DNA from: Synechocystis sp.
GTDB taxonomy: Bacteria; Cyanobacteriota; Cyanobacteriia; Cyanobacteriales; Microcystaceae
Assembly (NCBI GenBank): GCA_035285105.1
Contig: JAYKHU010000286.1
Span: forward strand, 1-37,990
Length of the DNA stretch: 37,990 bases
Direction of reading: 5' to 3'
This document shows positions 8,980 to 19,126 of this stretch, piece after piece. Within the stretch, counting starts at the first letter, position 1; each line of letters begins with the position of its first letter. The notes beneath the pieces were generated by a model that ran no database searches, had not been told where the DNA came from, and worked only from the letters and a program-made list of their open reading frames with translations. The translations under genes and the position numbers were made by a program.

Positions 8980-10572
8980 ATGGCACAATCTTATTCCCGT
9001 TCCCAACGCCGTTTAGCCGTACCGTTATGGTATGAACGCCTATTAGCGTTGATTTTGTTAGCCAATTATGGGTTGGTTATTTTTAACCTAACGTACATTC
9101 CCCTTCGGGATTTTTGGCTACAGGGTCGGGTGCAGTTCAACATTAAAATTGGGCCCTTCGAGCAGGAATTTCCCAAGCCGCCTATCCGCATTCTGCCCTT
9201 TAATATTACGCCCTATTATGATTGGGTTAAAGGCATTGAACCCTACCGTTCCACCACGGCTTATTTGGAATTAGTGGATCAGTTTACCGCTGCGATTAAT
9301 CAAAAGGCCTTAACGGGCATTGCCCCCTCAACTGAATCTGCTGCTGACTCTAATCCTGGAAAAACGGAGCCAGAAAAAGACCTCCCGGCGTCTACTTCCC
9401 CCGCGACCAGTATGGTCAAACAGGATCAAGACATTGAAGCGATGTTGGCTAAATTACGCCAAGACAGTGTGGTGATGATTCAGGAAAATCCTTTTCAAAT
9501 TGCCAATAAAACCGGGACTTTAGAGCGTATTAAAAATATTATGCGGGTCCATGTCTTTGACACCAGGGACGCATCCGCAACGGAGGCCTTTGAAACCTTC
9601 TGGTCAAAGGACTATCTACTAGCCCAAGGGCTGAGCAATCAACTGCAATTTTTCAACCAACAGATTCGGCCCTTAATTGCAACCAATTATTACCGAGGCA
9701 TTGGAGAAAATGGACAGCCAACGGATAATTTTCCAATTATTGATTTTCCTTTTTTTCTGATTTTTTTGGTGGATTTTTTAGTACGAACCCGCATTATCAG
9801 TCGTCGTTATAAGGGGATTAGCTGGGTTGATGCCATGTTCTGGCGCTGGTACGATTTCTTTTTATTTATTCCCGTGTTTCGCTGGTTACGCATTATCCCG
9901 TTGATGGTCCGCTGGGATCAAGCCAAGCTATGGGATTTCAAAACCGTTAAGGGTCAGGCTGTCCAGGGCTTTGTGGCGATTATTGCGGAGGAAATGACGG
10001 AAGTTATCGTGGTGAGAATTGTGGATCAATTACAAGAATTAGTGCGCCAGGGACAAATCAGAATGATGCTTGATAATGCCAGGACTGCAGACTATATTGA
10101 CATTAACGACCGCAATGAATTAGTGGAAATTACTCGGATTTTTTCCCAGGCATTGGTGGAAAAGGTGCTGCCAAAATTACAACCGGAGGTGCAGGATTTT
10201 ATTCTCTATAATTTGCAGTCTTCCCTCAACGATAACCCTGGCTATCAACAGTTACAACAGCTACCAGGGATGAAAACCCTCCAAACGGACATGATGAAGG
10301 GCATGATTGATAATACCTATCAGCAACTCATTGTCATTCTCCAAGGGTTACTACAGTCTGACCCCGAATTTGATCGACTGTTAGAGCAGATTATTTCCAA
10401 GTTGACCCGTAACTTAAATTCTGAGTTAAAACAACAAAATAATTTAGCGGAAGTTGAGTCTCTTCTCCTAGATTTCCTCGAAGAATTTAAAATCAACTAC
10501 ATTCAAAAACTTTCAACGGCGGATATTGATCGCATTTTGGATGAAACCCGCGAGTTGCGTCAGCGTCGTTAA
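8980..10572 (+). CDS. Hypothetical membrane protein with Ion_trans/voltage-sensor-like segments and a long helical C-terminus
   Basis: 530-aa ORF with TM segments WYERLLALILLANYGLVIF, IDFPFFLIFLVDFLVR, WYDFFLFIP and FRWLRIIPLMVR. Confidence 0.7.
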   Translation: MAQSYSRSQRRLAVPLWYERLLALILLANYGLVIFNLTYIPLRDFWLQGRVQFNIKIGPFEQEFPKPPIRILPFNITPYYDWVKGIEPYRSTTAYLELVDQFTAAINQKALTGIAPSTESAADSNPGKTEPEKDLPASTSPATSMVKQDQDIEAMLAKLRQDSVVMIQENPFQIANKTGTLERIKNIMRVHVFDTRDASATEAFETFWSKDYLLAQGLSNQLQFFNQQIRPLIATNYYRGIGENGQPTDNFPIIDFPFFLIFLVDFLVRTRIISRRYKGISWVDAMFWRWYDFFLFIPVFRWLRIIPLMVRWDQAKLWDFKTVKGQAVQGFVAIIAEEMTEVIVVRIVDQLQELVRQGQIRMMLDNARTADYIDINDRNELVEITRIFSQALVEKVLPKLQPEVQDFILYNLQSSLNDNPGYQQLQQLPGMKTLQTDMMKGMIDNTYQQLIVILQGLLQSDPEFDRLLEQIISKLTRNLNSELKQQNNLAEVESLLLDFLEEFKINYIQKLSTADIDRILDETRELRQRR

Positions 10573-10589
10573 ACCCCGACCTCAGATAG

Positions 10590-11994
<1,405 letters not shown>

Positions 11995-12073
11995 GATGGC
12001 AAAAAAACAATTTCCCATACATTCTCCCCAGACGTTTTGGGCAGCTAGATTGGCTAACCGCTCTGCTTAAACC

Positions 12074-13201
12074 ATGACAACTCCCAATTTTGGCTACCTC
12101 GTCTTTCTCATGACCTCCGCGGCCACCTATGGCATTTTCGCCCTGGGGCTGAATTTACAATGGGGCTTTGCGGGGCTGATTAACTTTGGCCATGTGGCTT
12201 TTATGACGTTGGGGGCCTATGCCACCGCGTTATTAAGCTTGCAGGGGGTCCCCATTCCTTTGGCCGTGGTGGTGGGCATGGGATTGTCCATGGGACTTGG
12301 GTTATTGATTGGCACCTCTACCCTGCGGCTGCAGGAAGATTATTTGGCGATCGTCACCATCGGCACGTCTGAGCTAATTCGCCTGGTGGCGTTAAATGAA
12401 GAGTGGCTCACCAAGGGGTCCTTTGGGGTACAAAGCTTTCCGCTACCGTTGGATTTTAATCCCACCCTGTTTAGCAAAATTTGCTTTGTGCTCTGGCTCA
12501 CAGTTCTGGCCATCTTTGCAGAGGGGACATTGCTGAAAAGCTTGCTCAAACAGTGGAAGGACGGTAAGACCATTCAAGGTAAAAGTTTTCAACCCCGTAA
12601 ACCTTGGGCACTAATACTTTGGGGCATCATAGCCACGGCACTGATTTTAATCGCCTATGTTCCCGGTGTGATTTCTCTTTGGAACTATTCCTACCGGGCC
12701 GGTTTGATGTTACTCAGTTTTACCTTTTTGGCGGTTACCTATGGTGCCCTAGAATTTTGGCTCCATTCTCCCTGGGGGCGGATTTTAAAAGCCATTCGAG
12801 AAGATGAAGAAATCCCCAGGGCCCTGGGAAAAAACGTGTTTTGGTATAAGCTGCAAGCCTTTATGGTGGGGGGGGCGATCGCCGGTTTAGCGGGGTCATT
12901 TTTAGCCTGGCAATTGACCACCATTTACCCCAGTAATTTTGAGCCGCTGTTAACCTTTAATGCCTGGATTATTGTCGTGTTGGGCGGGGCCGGTAGTAAT
13001 GCTGGCACCCTGTTAGGGGCGATCATCTTTTGGGCCTACGACTCCCTCACCCGCTTTGCCTTGCCCCATGTTGGTTTCATTGACCACAGTCAGGCCGGCG
13101 CCCTGCGGGTCATGATTATTGGCTTAATTTTGATGGTATTGATGGTCTGGCGACCCCAGGGGTTACTGGGTAAGAAGGAAGAGTTAACCCTAGGGCGGTG
13201 A
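12074..13201 (+). CDS. natC: Neutral/branched-chain amino acid ABC transporter permease (LivM-like)
   Basis: LNLQWGFAGLINFGHVAF, LRLQEDYLAIVTIG, SPWGRILKAIREDE and RPQGLLG motifs. Follows pyrH-frr. Confidence 0.85.
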   Translation: MTTPNFGYLVFLMTSAATYGIFALGLNLQWGFAGLINFGHVAFMTLGAYATALLSLQGVPIPLAVVVGMGLSMGLGLLIGTSTLRLQEDYLAIVTIGTSELIRLVALNEEWLTKGSFGVQSFPLPLDFNPTLFSKICFVLWLTVLAIFAEGTLLKSLLKQWKDGKTIQGKSFQPRKPWALILWGIIATALILIAYVPGVISLWNYSYRAGLMLLSFTFLAVTYGALEFWLHSPWGRILKAIREDEEIPRALGKNVFWYKLQAFMVGGAIAGLAGSFLAWQLTTIYPSNFEPLLTFNAWIIVVLGGAGSNAGTLLGAIIFWAYDSLTRFALPHVGFIDHSQAGALRVMIIGLILMVLMVWRPQGLLGKKEELTLGR

Positions 13202-13249
13202 GGGATATCGGTGTCCCCATCCAGTTCCAAAATACGCCCACTGCCCTGG

Positions 13250-13978
13250 CTACTGAGGGAGGGCGAGATTTTCCCCTGCCCCTTGATCTAGCAACCAAAT
13301 TAATTCCCCCTGGGGTTGGATAAAGCGGGCCGGATATTGATTGGCGTTGGCATCGGCGGCAAAAATTTCCGCTAGGGCCGCTTGTTTCCCCGCACCGGCA
13401 ACAAGAAACACCACGGAGCGGGCATGGTTAATCAGTGGAATGGTGAAAGTTAGCCGGGGTTGTCCATCCTTATTGCCCACGGTGATAAGGCGATCGCACA
13501 CTTGTAGGGCATCGGTATGGGGAAAGAGGGAGGCGGTATGGCCGTCATCCCCTAGACCCAGCAGAATCAAGTCAAACGCGGGGAATTGTCCGGGTTCAAG
13601 TTGAAAGTATTCCGTTAATTCAAGTTCATAAGCTTGGGCGTCAGAGTCGGGATTATTGCTCCCCGTGGGCATGGGATGGATATTACTTTCGGGGATGTCA
13701 ACGTGATCGAGCCAGGCTAAGCGGGCCATGCGCTGATTGCTGTCGGGGTGGTCCGCAGGGACGTAGCGTTCATCCCCCCAGAAGATATGAATTTTGTCCC
13801 AGGGTAGGGCTTGGCGGGCAAAGGCTTCATACAACGGTTTGGGGGTGCTTCCCCCGGAAAGGGCGATCGCCGCTTGACCCCGTTCCGAGATCGCTTTCAT
13901 AATGCGGCTCGTGCCACAGACCAATGCCCGCTCAATCAACATCATTTTATTGACTAACACATCCACCGTCACAGCCAT
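13250..13978 (-). CDS. pgl: 6-phosphogluconolactonase
   Basis: ALSGGSTP, FWGDERYV, LGLGDDGHTASLFP and RLTFT motifs. Confidence 0.95.
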   Translation of the reverse strand: MAVTVDVLVNKMMLIERALVCGTSRIMKAISERGQAAIALSGGSTPKPLYEAFARQALPWDKIHIFWGDERYVPADHPDSNQRMARLAWLDHVDIPESNIHPMPTGSNNPDSDAQAYELELTEYFQLEPGQFPAFDLILLGLGDDGHTASLFPHTDALQVCDRLITVGNKDGQPRLTFTIPLINHARSVVFLVAGAGKQAALAEIFAADANANQYPARFIQPQGELIWLLDQGAGENLALPQ

Positions 13979-14033
13979 GGCAAACCTCTTTGCTAATTTT
14001 TTGGGGTAACATTTTCCTGATCTTGGCGAAGTT

Positions 14034-14069
14034 TTTGAAATTGATCACACATTGTTGAAATTCTTCACG
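14034..14069. promoter_or_regulatory. Tandem CRP/FNR-family-like sites in the pgl/ABC-ATPase divergent promoter
   Basis: TTTGA-AATTGA-TCACA (14034-14049) matches TGTGA-N6-TCACA at 9/10. GTTGA-AATTCT-TCACG (14054-14069) lies 20 bp downstream. Confidence 0.5.
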
Positions 14070-14187
14070 ATTTGCACCTGGTTGAGGAACCAAGTAAAAC
14101 GGGAATCACCAGACACTATCCGCTAGCATAGATAGCCAGTGATGGGTCGTTGTGTGACCCTGCCGTTTGCCAACCTGAGCCGCCCCT

Positions 14188-14961
14188 ATGACCGATCCCA
14201 TCATTCAACTTCGCAACGTCAGCCAACGGTTTGGTGACAAGATTATTTTGGATGACGTGGATTTGGACGTTTATCCTGATCAAGCGGTCGGGGTCATTGG
14301 CCCCTCCGGCACCGGGAAATCCACCATTTTGCGAATTGTGGCGGGATTACAGGCCCCCGACAGCGGCACAGTAATGATCCACGGACATCAACGCCAACGG
14401 GCGATCGAGCAGGGGGAAAAGTCCTTGGGGGTTGGCCTGGTCTTCCAACAGTCGGCATTATTCGATTCGTTGACAGTGGATGAAAATATTGGGTTTTCCC
14501 TCTACCGTGATCCCAGTGTGAAATCATCCCAGGTGCGGGCGTTGGTGGAAGAAACCCTAGAACTTGTTGGCCTCCCCGGCATTGGCGATCGCTTTCCGGC
14601 GGAATTGTCCGGGGGGATGCGAAAACGGGTCAGTTTAGCCCGAGCGATTATTGCCCATCCGTCCCAGGTTAAGGAACACCGCAATATCCTGCTCTACGAT
14701 GAACCCACAGCGGGACTAGATCCGGTGGCATCCACCCGCGTAGAAACCCTAATTAAGGATTTACTGGTTAAGGAAAAAGCCTGCTGTTGCCATCTGATTG
14801 TGACCCATCAATTTAGCACCATTGACTTAACCACAGACCGCATTATTTTTCTCTATCAAGGCAAAATTCAATGGGACGGTTCCACCGAAGCGGCTTATAA
14901 ATCCGACCACCCCCTTTTGAAACAGTTTTTTTCAGGGAGTATGGACGGCCCGATTCAGTAA
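14188..14961 (+). CDS. ABC transporter ATP-binding protein, MlaF/TGD3-like
   Basis: GPSGTGKS, FQQSALFDSLTV, LSGGMRKRVSLARA and YDEPTAGLDPV motifs, with a C-terminal FFSGSMDGPI typical of the MlaF group. Confidence 0.85.
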   Translation: MTDPIIQLRNVSQRFGDKIILDDVDLDVYPDQAVGVIGPSGTGKSTILRIVAGLQAPDSGTVMIHGHQRQRAIEQGEKSLGVGLVFQQSALFDSLTVDENIGFSLYRDPSVKSSQVRALVEETLELVGLPGIGDRFPAELSGGMRKRVSLARAIIAHPSQVKEHRNILLYDEPTAGLDPVASTRVETLIKDLLVKEKACCCHLIVTHQFSTIDLTTDRIIFLYQGKIQWDGSTEAAYKSDHPLLKQFFSGSMDGPIQ

Positions 14962-14995
14962 TCTCCGGGCCTCCCTTGCCGTCGAACATTGCCAA

Positions 14996-16009
14996 CTACT
15001 TGATGCCAATGACCATCGAATCCGGGCCAACGAGGGGTTCGGTACGAATTTCCGAAAAACCAACCTCTTTCATCCAGCCCGAACAATCCGCACTGGTGTA
15101 ATCAAAGCCACCGGGCGTCTCAATTAACATGTTCAGGCTCATCAACAGCCCAAACGCATTTTGGGAGCGGTCATCATCAATCATGGCTTCATACACCACA
15201 AACGCACCTCCCGGGGGGAGAGCCTCAAACGCTTTGCCAATCAGCATTTTTTTGGTTGGCAGATCCCAGTCGTGCAAAATATGACCCATTAACACCACAT
15301 CAGCTTTGGGGAGGTCCTGCTTGAAAAAATCCCCTGGGACAAACTTAAGCTGCTCCCCTACCCCCATGGTCTCCGCATAATCCTCGAAAATGGGCGCTAC
15401 TTCCGGTAAATCAAATCCCATCCCGTTTAAATGGGGATTGGCTTTGGCAATCTGGACGGCCAGGTCCCCTTGGGCGGTACCGATATCCACATAGGTTTGG
15501 TATTGTTGCCAGGGAAAATGATGGGCGATCGCCAGGTTAGCCCCATGACTAATGCCCGTCATTGAAGCCAAAAATTCTGCTAGGCGAGCGGGATCCGCAT
15601 AGAGGGTTTCAAAGAGACCGGCATCACCGGTTTTAACTTCACTTTGGGGCTTCCCGGTGCGTAGGGCCTCCGTGAGATGACCCCAGAAGGGATAGAGGCG
15701 ATGGTTCGCCATTTCCAGAATTCCCCCCACATAGGAGGGTTTATGGCGATCCAGGAACATCGCGGTCTCGGGGGTATTGCCGTAGCTGTCCCCCGATCGC
15801 TCTAGAAATCCCAGCGCAACCAAGGCATCTAAAAAGTCCCGTGCTGCCCGGGGATGCAGTCCCAATCGACCGGCAAGGGGGTCAAAGTCTTCAGGACCCT
15901 TGGCCAGTTCAGTAAACACCCCCATTTCAATGGCGCTAAGTAGGGTTTTGGACGCCCAAAATCCTAGGCCAGTTTGCAGAATCTTTTCCGGATTGGGTGG
16001 TGGTGTCAT
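14996..16009 (-). CDS. SAM-dependent O-methyltransferase, family 2 with dimerisation domain
   Basis: N-terminal [34 protein letters not shown] and GHILHDW motifs. Confidence 0.88.
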   Translation of the reverse strand: MTPPPNPEKILQTGLGFWASKTLLSAIEMGVFTELAKGPEDFDPLAGRLGLHPRAARDFLDALVALGFLERSGDSYGNTPETAMFLDRHKPSYVGGILEMANHRLYPFWGHLTEALRTGKPQSEVKTGDAGLFETLYADPARLAEFLASMTGISHGANLAIAHHFPWQQYQTYVDIGTAQGDLAVQIAKANPHLNGMGFDLPEVAPIFEDYAETMGVGEQLKFVPGDFFKQDLPKADVVLMGHILHDWDLPTKKMLIGKAFEALPPGGAFVVYEAMIDDDRSQNAFGLLMSLNMLIETPGGFDYTSADCSGWMKEVGFSEIRTEPLVGPDSMVIGIK

Positions 16010-16102
16010 GGGGTCAGTCTCCTGGGTCAGGGAACAAGGGGTTATGGCTAGTCGCCAGGGCGTTATGTTAGCGATTCGATAATAGTGCTTTTGGTAGTCC
16101 CT

Positions 16103-16924
16103 TCAGGCGATCGGGGTGTCCAAAATGGGCAACACCAAAGGTTTAAATTGAGGGATGAGATCCTGACGGCTGGCGGTTAAGCAGGGATAGGGGCGATCGC
16201 CGTAGTCTTGGCCGGGGGTAAGGGGAAAAATGGGATCGGCTTGGAGGGGTAAAAAGGCTCCTCCGGCGGCCAGTAGAATGGGCCAAGCCCCGGCAATATC
16301 CCAAATTTTGGGTGTTTTTTCCGCGCCCCCCAACGCCGCACCGCTGGCCACTAATAAAATGTTGTAACTGGCGACTCCCATTAAGCGGATCTTGCAGGGA
16401 AAAGGATTTTTGAGAATGGTGTGACTGCGGGCACAGAGATTAAATAACTGATTTTGGCTAGGGTCGGCGTCACTGGTATGGATGGGTTCCCCATTTAAAA
16501 AGGCCCCCGTCGGCCCCGCTAACCCAGAATTGCCCAACCAATAGCCCCAAAAGAATTGCTGCACCATGGGAAAATGGACAAAGCCAAAGACCGGCGTGCC
16601 TTTGTACAGTAACCCCAGGGAAATGCCCCAGATGGGAATTCCTCGCGTAAAATTCGTTGTGCCATCGATGGGATCAATGATCCAGCACCAATCGGTGTCG
16701 GGGAAAATATGGGTCGTTTCTTCGGTCAGCACCCCATGGTCGGGAAATTGGGCAGCAATCCGGTCACGCAACTGTTGATCGGACCATTGATCCGCTGCGG
16801 TGACCAGGGTGCCATCGGCCTTGCGTTCTGCGGGAATATTGGCAAAGTTGGCAACTAACTCTGTGGCGATCGCCGTCGTAGTGGATTGACAGAACGTTAA
16901 AACCGCTGTCCAAAAACTCTCCAT
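16103..16924 (-). CDS. Inositol monophosphatase family protein
   Basis: WIIDPIDGTTNF and WDIAG motifs. ATG 16924 preferred over 17062. Confidence 0.9.
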   Translation of the reverse strand: MESFWTAVLTFCQSTTTAIATELVANFANIPAERKADGTLVTAADQWSDQQLRDRIAAQFPDHGVLTEETTHIFPDTDWCWIIDPIDGTTNFTRGIPIWGISLGLLYKGTPVFGFVHFPMVQQFFWGYWLGNSGLAGPTGAFLNGEPIHTSDADPSQNQLFNLCARSHTILKNPFPCKIRLMGVASYNILLVASGAALGGAEKTPKIWDIAGAWPILLAAGGAFLPLQADPIFPLTPGQDYGDRPYPCLTASRQDLIPQFKPLVLPILDTPIA

Positions 16925-17068
16925 GTCAGCATCAATTGATATAGTGAATAAGCCGCCCGACACGAGCGTTATAGCCATCATCACACACGATAGGAATTTG
17001 CTGTGACCCAGGTTTGGTTTCCCCGCAGAAATTTGACAGTGACGGTCAGCGCCGTTAGTCAAACATTA

Positions 17069-17776
17069 ATGACAGAAAGTGCAGCGTTATTGTCCACAGT
17101 GGCAAATACTCGCACTATCCGTCGTTGGGGGCCGTGGAGTGTTGGGGCGTTGGCAGTTTCCCTGCTGTGGTCGTCGGAATGGCGTTTACTGTTGGCGACC
17201 GGGTTAGGCATTGGGAGCGTTAAGTTGATTTTTTGGGTGCTAACCCATCGGGAATCCTTGCGGGGACTGAATTGGCGTCAATCCCTGCACCAACCCCAAA
17301 CCCAATTGCTGTTGGCCGGGGGCAGTGGGGGCTTGGTGGCCTTGGGAACCTATATCGCCACCATGGTCTGGTCTGACGTGAACAATCCTTGGATTGCATC
17401 GGGAATTATTTTGCAGGGGCTGGGTTCCCTAACAACGGTGGGGTTATTGGTGGGGCACATAGGGAAAACAGCGGCGTCCCCTGCCGCCTTAGGGAACGGA
17501 TCTGAATTGGATCACTGTTTACATACCCTGGCCAACGGCGATCGCCTACAAAAGTTAGTTGCTCTGCGTCAATTAAGCAAGCTCGAGCAAAACCGACAAT
17601 TATCCCCCCAGGAAAGGGCTGATTTATGGGAGCATCTCCAGGTTTTTATTGAAATTGAAGAAGATCCCCGTTTACAACGAACGGCGATCGCCCTTTTGCC
17701 CCCCCCGTCAGTCAAACCGTTAACCATTCCCCAAACCCAACGTCAACGCCAGGTTGTTGATGCCCAAATTCACTAA
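17069..17776 (+). CDS. Hypothetical membrane protein with HEAT-like C-terminal helices
   Basis: About four hydrophobic segments, then helical DRLQKLVALRQL...EEDPRLQRTA. Start uncertain (17003-17069). Confidence 0.6.
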   Translation: MTESAALLSTVANTRTIRRWGPWSVGALAVSLLWSSEWRLLLATGLGIGSVKLIFWVLTHRESLRGLNWRQSLHQPQTQLLLAGGSGGLVALGTYIATMVWSDVNNPWIASGIILQGLGSLTTVGLLVGHIGKTAASPAALGNGSELDHCLHTLANGDRLQKLVALRQLSKLEQNRQLSPQERADLWEHLQVFIEIEEDPRLQRTAIALLPPPSVKPLTIPQTQRQRQVVDAQIH

Positions 17777-17810
17777 ATCATGTTGATCGTCCTAACCCCG
17801 TAGAAAACAA

Positions 17811-18923
17811 TTAGGATACTGAAGTCTCTAGGTTTTTTTCCGAAACAGGTATTGATTTAGGCAATGGACAAGCCACGGCCCCTTCGCCGTTATAACCCAC
17901 TAAGGTATTTTCATCTTGATAATGACGAGGGGTTTGTAGAAGTAATTGCCAAGCCTCTTTGCCTGTAATCAAGTTCATCTTATTGGGATAATGCTTTTGT
18001 AAAAGCTCTTGAACCAAAGGGTAATAATCTGAGTTCATATCTGGAAAAATATGATGCTCGGTATGATAAGAGAAATTGAAATGTAGGACGTCAAAAAATT
18101 TCGGTATTTTCAAAGAAACACTATTAAAAACGGGATCATTGATTTCCGTCATAGGACACATAAGATGGTTTGTATAAATATAAAACATTCCTATTGCATG
18201 CCCAATAAAAATCGGTAAAAAATAACCTAATAAAACTGAAATTAATTGAAACTTCAAATAAATTAAGATGCTAAAATGAATACCAATTATTCCTAGCAAT
18301 TCAGAAAAGATTTTAAGTCGATCCTTAGATTTCACTGTAAAAGCAGCAGGAACATACTCTGCTTTCCCGTCTGTTAAAAGAAGAACAGAAGAAAGATTAC
18401 GAAAATTGTGAACTCCCCACGCTGTTCCCATTCCGAACAGTAACCATAAAAAATTAACCTCCGAAGATGGCGCAAATAAATGATGAATCCACTTACCCCA
18501 AGTTTTGGGTTGGTCGTAAAGATAATTACGGTCAGGATCTCGTAAGCTATTTGTATTGTTGTGATGAACTTGATTATGCAGTGATCGCCATTGAGTTGGG
18601 GGCATCCACCATAGAGATAATCCAGTCAAACTGATTAAATAAGCAATCTTTGAACGTTTTCTAAGCACATTGCCGTGCATCAAATCATGACTACCAAATA
18701 AAAAAACGGTAACGCTATTACCCATCAAAAGTGCAAAGGGAAGAAACAACCATAGCCAATAAAGTGGCCAGTGATTTAGATTACGAGCAATTGTTAAACC
18801 AGCGACATAGATTCCGAGATTAAGTCCTAAGATAACTAGTTTACCTGGGTCGGCTTGCAATGCTTCGGGGGGTAAAAGAGGACGAAGTTTTTTAATGTAT
18901 TCAGATTGAGGGATAAGCACCAA
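17811..18923 (-). CDS. Membrane fatty-acid desaturase family di-iron enzyme
   Basis: Three His boxes (HDLMH, HNQVHH, HTEHH) and TM segments. TTG/GTG start. Confidence 0.88.
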   Translation of the reverse strand: MVLIPQSEYIKKLRPLLPPEALQADPGKLVILGLNLGIYVAGLTIARNLNHWPLYWLWLFLPFALLMGNSVTVFLFGSHDLMHGNVLRKRSKIAYLISLTGLSLWWMPPTQWRSLHNQVHHNNTNSLRDPDRNYLYDQPKTWGKWIHHLFAPSSEVNFLWLLFGMGTAWGVHNFRNLSSVLLLTDGKAEYVPAAFTVKSKDRLKIFSELLGIIGIHFSILIYLKFQLISVLLGYFLPIFIGHAIGMFYIYTNHLMCPMTEINDPVFNSVSLKIPKFFDVLHFNFSYHTEHHIFPDMNSDYYPLVQELLQKHYPNKMNLITGKEAWQLLLQTPRHYQDENTLVGYNGEGAVACPLPKSIPVSEKNLETSVS

Positions 18924-19126
18924 AAATAATTCCAGAGTTAGTTTAAATTTGCAAGTACTAAAGAATGTTCATGACTCAATGAAAACAATTGAGTTTGGGG
19001 CGAAGAAATTAACCCCCATGAACTTATCCTTCCATCATAGATTTTAGAACATTTTTTCGATCAGGTCATTAATTAAATACGGGATAAAATGATCAGATAA
19101 CGGTTTTTTCACGTCGATCAAATGCT

